Source of the DNA: Promethearchaeota archaeon
Lineage (GTDB): Archaea; Asgardarchaeota; Lokiarchaeia; Sigyniarchaeales; SOKP01
NCBI GenBank assembly: GCA_008080735.1
Contig: SHMW01000009.1
Span: 6,883 to 70,882 of the forward strand
Direction of reading: 5' to 3'
DNA length: 64,000 nt
Shown: positions 59,442-64,000 of the stretch, one piece after another
How the letters are laid out: every line of letters begins with the position of its first letter
Position numbering within the stretch: position 1 is the stretch's first letter
Made by a program: the position numbers and the translations under genes
The notes under the pieces: model-generated
Told to the model about the DNA's origin: nothing
The model's input: only the letters and a program-made list of their open reading frames with translations
Database searches by the model: none

Positions 59442-60098
59442 TTATTTATCCTGAGCTTCTTGATAATTTCTTAATACATAATAGAGCGCTTGCTTTAAAT
59501 CTCCTAAATTTGTTTTTTTTAATGCGGAAAACTCTAAATAGGGTAGCGCTTGCGCATAGTCATACCCGAAATCGTCCAAATGCACAAGATTCAACCCATA
59601 TTGTCTTGCTGTGTTAACAAAATAAGTTATAATTCTTCTTTTATCAAAAACAGATACTTTGTCAACTTTATTGATTAAAATTATGAGTGGGATAGCGAAT
59701 TCCAGCAAAAATGTAATCAATTCAAAGCTCAAGGGAATTGTCTGCTTCTTTTTATAAAAATATTTCTCAAGCTCGTCCTCAATCCTTAAGATATTAATGA
59801 CCACTAATCCTAAAAAATATCTCCTGTGGTGTTTTTCGATATGCGAGATAGTCTGTTTCTTAATATGTTCCTCTCGTCGATGACTGCTTTTTTTGGCAAA
59901 TCCAAATCCTGGCAGATCTACTATTTCGTACTGCATATCTTCCTGGTGGATCGGTTTGATCAGTAAGGTACTTCCAGGAGTCTTTCCAATTTTACCTTTA
60001 TATCCGCTGGGGTTTGACAAAAGGAGTTTTGTGATAGTACTTTTACCCGTATTAGCATTCCCGATGATTAATAATCGAGGGTGTAAAACGTGCGCCAT
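59442..60098 (-). CDS. engB: EngB/YihA-like GTPase
   Basis: GNANTGKS, PGST, DLPGFG, NKVD, FSA. Confidence 0.8.
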   Translation of the reverse strand: MAHVLHPRLLIIGNANTGKSTITKLLLSNPSGYKGKIGKTPGSTLLIKPIHQEDMQYEIVDLPGFGFAKKSSHRREEHIKKQTISHIEKHHRRYFLGLVVINILRIEDELEKYFYKKKQTIPLSFELITFLLEFAIPLIILINKVDKVSVFDKRRIITYFVNTARQYGLNLVHLDDFGYDYAQALPYLEFSALKKTNLGDLKQALYYVLRNYQEAQDK

Positions 60099-60178
60099 AA
60101 TTGGAAAATCTTATTTTATAAGTTAAGGTAGATAATCAATAAAATGAAATAAAATTTAGGACTTTAAAATTTTTTTAT

Positions 60179-60205
60179 TTCCTTCAGTCCTTAACACTGA
60201 AGGAA
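60179..60205. terminator. 10-bp stem hairpin between small Zn-finger gene and engB
   Basis: ttccttcagt-ccttaac-actgaaggaa. Confidence 0.35.
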
Positions 60206-60347
60206 TACTTTTTACATCAGGATGATGATATCGTTTATTATAAGCCACAATTTCTCCGTAAATTACCTGATTAGGTATATGTCAGTCCTCTACTCAAAAA
60301 TGAAATATCGGCAATAATGGTAATAATAAAAATAAAGAAAAATAATG

Positions 60348-60524
60348 CTACTTTTCAAGTTGGTCTCTTAAATACATATTAACTGTCTCGTATTCGGACA
60401 GAATACCGTGTTGAAACTTATTCTTCGCTTTTTCCAGGCATTCCGGACAAATTGCTAAGTTTAAGTCATTTTTGAATTCTTTTTCACAGTCTAAACAAAG
60501 GTGATACTTGTCTAATGTTAACAT
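60348..60524 (-). CDS. Small zinc-finger protein, 58 aa (not in ORF track)
   Basis: Hand translation MLTLDKYHLCLDCEKEFKNDLNLAICPECLEKAKNKFQHGILSEYETVNMYLRDQLEK. Confidence 0.7.
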   Translation of the reverse strand: MLTLDKYHLCLDCEKEFKNDLNLAICPECLEKAKNKFQHGILSEYETVNMYLRDQLEK

Positions 60525-60650
60525 TTTAAAATTCCTATTACTAAAAATTATGTTACAAAAAGTAGTAAAAAGCTGCTTAAATAAAGGGAGGGAGCATAAA
60601 TTTTCTAAATAATTCGTGAAACTGAATAAGCAAATAATAATGAGTAGACC

Positions 60651-61511
60651 TTAGAATTCGGAAAAATCTTCTTCTAAAAATTCTCGGAACATTCGTTTTT
60701 TTTTCTCCTCTTCAATCTGCGGTTTTGTAATTATGGGATCACCTGCTTTTTCCAGTATTTCTTGAATGGTGGTGATATCATAATTGATCTTAAATGATCC
60801 TCCAGTAACGTAGCGAACGACTTGCTCTTGATTTATCTTGAGGCGAAGGATATATCCTAATCCAAAATAAAATTGGTGCTCTGGGATCGGATTTATTGCG
60901 CTCTTACTTGTATCATCTTTAAGCATTTCGTAAAGAATATTTTTACTTGCGGTATGATCTTCGACTTCGAACGCAAGGTAATAGAGCGCATGATACCAAA
61001 TTTTATCTCGTTTGTCTTGAATATAATCCAGAAAATCATCCTCAGTAGTAGCCTCCCGCTGCTCCTCTTCTTTCTTTTTTTCGCGAAGTTCTTCTTGTAT
61101 GCGTTTTTCAATATCGTCAGAAAGAGAAGAGGTGGGTTTTTGAGAGTCTGATTTTCCCTGGGATAAGGTTTCTTCCTGTTTTACCGTATCAACGGCTTGT
61201 TTCATCTGCATCAACTCCTCCAAATCCATTTTTCCAAGATCAGAGAAGTCTACCAGCATCTCTTCTTTCGATTCTAAAGTGTCTTGAACCTCGTCCATAG
61301 GTTCCTCTTCTTCTAAAACTTCAAGGGCTTCTCCACTCTGCTCCACTTCTTTAACTTGAGAGATTGCTTTTTTCATATCTTCAATTTCTTCCATATCTAA
61401 CTCTTCTAAATCAGAATAATCAGACTGGAGCTCCGCAATCTCATTCAAATACACTTGATAATCTTCATTTTCTTCCTTTGCGATTTTATTGTTTTTCTCC
61501 TCTTCGGCCAT
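60651..61511 (-). CDS. Hypothetical protein: acidic repeat N-terminus plus globular C-terminal domain
   Basis: Duplicated D(Y/F)SDL..D(M/L)EE..MK.A(I/V) motif; compact C-terminal domain. Confidence 0.7.
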   Translation of the reverse strand: MAEEEKNNKIAKEENEDYQVYLNEIAELQSDYSDLEELDMEEIEDMKKAISQVKEVEQSGEALEVLEEEEPMDEVQDTLESKEEMLVDFSDLGKMDLEELMQMKQAVDTVKQEETLSQGKSDSQKPTSSLSDDIEKRIQEELREKKKEEEQREATTEDDFLDYIQDKRDKIWYHALYYLAFEVEDHTASKNILYEMLKDDTSKSAINPIPEHQFYFGLGYILRLKINQEQVVRYVTGGSFKINYDITTIQEILEKAGDPIITKPQIEEEKKKRMFREFLEEDFSEF

Positions 61512-61625
61512 AACAATCCACCTTACATTAAAGATTCCTTCACATTTAGATTATTTATCTACACATCAATATTATTATGAAAATATAATAATTAAAATTA
61601 TTTTGACCATTTATCATGATAAGCT

Positions 61626-62336
61626 ATGGAAAAAATTGCCTTAGAAAAGTATAAAGGAATTATTTGGGATTTAGATGGAGTTATTTTTGATATAACAGAA
61701 GCTATCAAAAAAGCAGTGGAGGATGGAGTTGAAAAATATAATTTAGATGTCCACGTCGACAGTGTATTACAAGAAGTAGCACATTTAATCGAAGAGATTC
61801 AACATTATCCTGTACCTAAAATTATTCTTAACTCATACAATCTTCTTCAGGTCGATTTTCTAGAAGATATGAGTTATATGAAAAAGCTCAGAATAGCTGT
61901 ATTTCTTTTTAATCAATTTAATGAATACAGGGAAGATTGTACTATTTTTAAGAGAATTGATCAGATCATTGAAAAATTACACGAAAAGAACGTCAAATTG
62001 GCCATCTTAACGAATAATAAAAGTCAATATGCGGAGGAAATTCTTGCGAAATTCAATCTAAGTGTGTATTTCCCGACGATTATCGGATTTAATGATGTGT
62101 CAGAAGTCAAACCCAGTCCAGAGGGAATTCTTAAAATCATTGAAAAGTGGAATATGAAGCCTGAAGAGGTAATATTTATTGGAGATATGACGACAGACGT
62201 AGATGCAGGAAAGGCAGCTGGTGTAAAAATGGTTTGTGTTGCAAGTGGTTTAGCAGAGAAAAATGCCCTTTTAGAGCATGATCCAGACTTTTTAGTGGAA
62301 AATACCACTGAATTAGAGGAAATATTCAATTTTTGA
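61626..62336 (+). CDS. HAD-IA hydrolase (phosphoglycolate phosphatase-like)
   Basis: WDLDGV, LTNN, KPSPEG, IGDMTTD. Confidence 0.9.
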   Translation: MEKIALEKYKGIIWDLDGVIFDITEAIKKAVEDGVEKYNLDVHVDSVLQEVAHLIEEIQHYPVPKIILNSYNLLQVDFLEDMSYMKKLRIAVFLFNQFNEYREDCTIFKRIDQIIEKLHEKNVKLAILTNNKSQYAEEILAKFNLSVYFPTIIGFNDVSEVKPSPEGILKIIEKWNMKPEEVIFIGDMTTDVDAGKAAGVKMVCVASGLAEKNALLEHDPDFLVENTTELEEIFNF

Positions 62337-62356
62337 ATCTTTACTTTTATAATTAT

Positions 62357-63469
62357 TTATAGGAGCTCCTCAATATCTTCGAATTTATAATTGAACTCGT
62401 CTGCTATGGGTTTTGAAGTTACCTTTCCTTGAAAAATATTAACCGCTTCCCTTAAGGATTTTTCTTTTCTGAGTGAACTATGTATATCCTCATTTGCTAC
62501 TAACTTTACTAAAAAAGGATACATATTTACTGATAATGCTTCAGTTGAAGTTCGTGGATAGGCACCAGGCATATTAGTAACGCCATAATGGATAATATCT
62601 TCTTGAATAAATATTGGGTCTTCATGAGATGTTGGTTTACTTGTTTCAATACAACCACCTTGATCAATCGCAATATCAACAATAACAGATCCTTTATCCA
62701 TTTGCTGAATCATATCTCTGGAAATTATTCGTGGCGCTTTAGAATCAGGAATATAAACGGAGCCTATTAAGATATTTGCATTTCCTATATAGTCCCTAAG
62801 ATTATGTAAATTGGACATTAAAACAGATATGCCGTTAGGTAAAATCTGATTTAAATAACGAATACGATCCATATTCTTTTCTAAAATAATTACATGAGCA
62901 CCCAAACCATAAGCAGACATAGCAGCACTATATCCTGCTGTGCCTCCTCCAAGTATTACTACGTTTCCACGGTATACCCCCGATGATCCACCCAATAATA
63001 CTCCAGAACCTCCATTATGGGTTGATAATAAATTCGATGCAACAATAATAGACATTTTTCCTGCTATTTCTGACATGGGTTCAAGAATTGGAGCTTCTTT
63101 GTCAATTCTAACTGATTCAAATGCAATAGCTGTAGAATTTCCATCTATAAAAATTTTAGTTAAATTATGATTTGCTGCTAAATGAAGAAACGAAAAAATT
63201 ACAGGTCCGGGTTCAAAAAAATTTAGTTCTTCTTTAACTGGTTCTTTAACTTTAACTATTATATCGGATATGGCATAAGTATCTTTCTTTGAATTAATAA
63301 TCTTTGCTCCAACAGATTCATAATCATTATTAGAAAAACCCGCAATTTTACCAGCATCAGTTTCAACGAAGATTTCATGCCCTTTATTAACTAGGTCTTC
63401 AATATTTGCTGGTATTAACGCAACCCTTCCTTCTCCCTTCTTAATTTCTTTCGGAATACCAATTTTCAA
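62357..63469 (-). CDS. ald: Alanine dehydrogenase (bacterial AlaDH/PNT type)
   Basis: [45 protein letters not shown]. Confidence 0.95.
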   Translation of the reverse strand: MKIGIPKEIKKGEGRVALIPANIEDLVNKGHEIFVETDAGKIAGFSNNDYESVGAKIINSKKDTYAISDIIVKVKEPVKEELNFFEPGPVIFSFLHLAANHNLTKIFIDGNSTAIAFESVRIDKEAPILEPMSEIAGKMSIIVASNLLSTHNGGSGVLLGGSSGVYRGNVVILGGGTAGYSAAMSAYGLGAHVIILEKNMDRIRYLNQILPNGISVLMSNLHNLRDYIGNANILIGSVYIPDSKAPRIISRDMIQQMDKGSVIVDIAIDQGGCIETSKPTSHEDPIFIQEDIIHYGVTNMPGAYPRTSTEALSVNMYPFLVKLVANEDIHSSLRKEKSLREAVNIFQGKVTSKPIADEFNYKFEDIEELL

Positions 63470-63729
63470 ATTTATTAAACCTCTATAATTAGCTTATATT
63501 TTATATATTCTTTACTTTATTTTTAATTTTTATATATATATGCGTTTTATCTAAGTTAGTTAATCTTTTGAATGGGAATATTGGGGAATCTACTTTACAA
63601 AACATTATTGAAACTTAAAAATATAAAAACTTATCAGACTTAAATCCCTCTTTAGATGAAAAATTAGCAAATAGGAATATAAGAAAATTTTAAAAAAAAC
63701 TTATAAAAGAAATGGAAAATAAGAAAATT

Positions 63730-64000
63730 TTAGCTTCTCCTATAGAGAAATCGTTCCCATGAGCTTACATTAGGAAGCTCTACTTTTGCACCCTTTCGCT
63801 TTCGAATGTCTAAAATGAGTTCATCCTCTAAACTTCGGGGGACTTGCTCAAAACCATAGAACTCATATCCGAAAAAGGCACGTCCTTGTGTGGAACTGCG
63901 AATCTCGTCCGCGATGCCAATCGTCTCACTGGCAGGTAGTAAGCCGTCGATCACCACATATTCACCTTGCGGTTGTACATTATTCACGCGACCTCGATGC
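63730..64000 (-). CDS. Elongation factor 2 (or Asgard EF-2 paralogue), C-terminal domain V; gene runs off the window
   Basis: HRGRV.. IRSSTQGRAF..FEQVP..IRKRKG. Confidence 0.85.
   Translation of the reverse strand, partial: HRGRVNNVQPQGEYVVIDGLLPASETIGIADEIRSSTQGRAFFGYEFYGFEQVPRSLEDELILDIRKRKGAKVELPNVSSWERFLYRRS

Noticed and set aside
1-64000. Many short antisense ORFs in the track; tRNA/rRNA genes; prophage or defence island
   Set aside because: Antisense ORFs lie opposite well-supported genes; I saw no tRNA arms, rRNA-like stretch, or viral, integrase or defence hallmark genes by eye

Overview
AT-rich archaeal chromosomal window. The gene content points strongly to an Asgard archaeon, most likely Lokiarchaeia: a gelsolin-domain protein, two roadblock proteins, a longin-like protein, Rab-like and Arf/Rag-like small GTPases, and fae-hps. 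It carries a housekeeping core (rps6e, rpl24e, rpoN, rpl7ae, rps28e, bud32, kae1, rps27ae, rps24e, DUF359, spt4, rpoE1, tfb, taw1, 3' end of an EF-2 gene) mixed with metabolic enzymes and lineage-specific signalling genes. I found no rRNA, tRNA or CRISPR array. Most notable observations: (1) a tandem pair at 2003-4016 made of a surface protein with an HF|S GPS/GAIN-like autoproteolysis motif and a membrane-tethered winged-helix regulator whose ectodomain looks like a non-cleavable paralogue of it; (2) an acyl-CoA-transferase/GNAT fusion that lacks its catalytic Glu and lies divergent to acetyl-CoA synthetase; (3) a TrmB protein with a ~500-aa helical rod; (4) a duplicated module of a CTP-dependent lipid kinase plus a stand-alone 7TM protein; (5) a 1235-aa pseudo-GTPase/alpha-solenoid protein; (6) Taw1 with an inserted winged helix; (7) an internally deleted IS200/IS605 element that keeps both ends; (8) a Rab-like gene that can only start at a non-canonical ATT/ATC codon. 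All calls come from reading motifs by eye; no searches were run.
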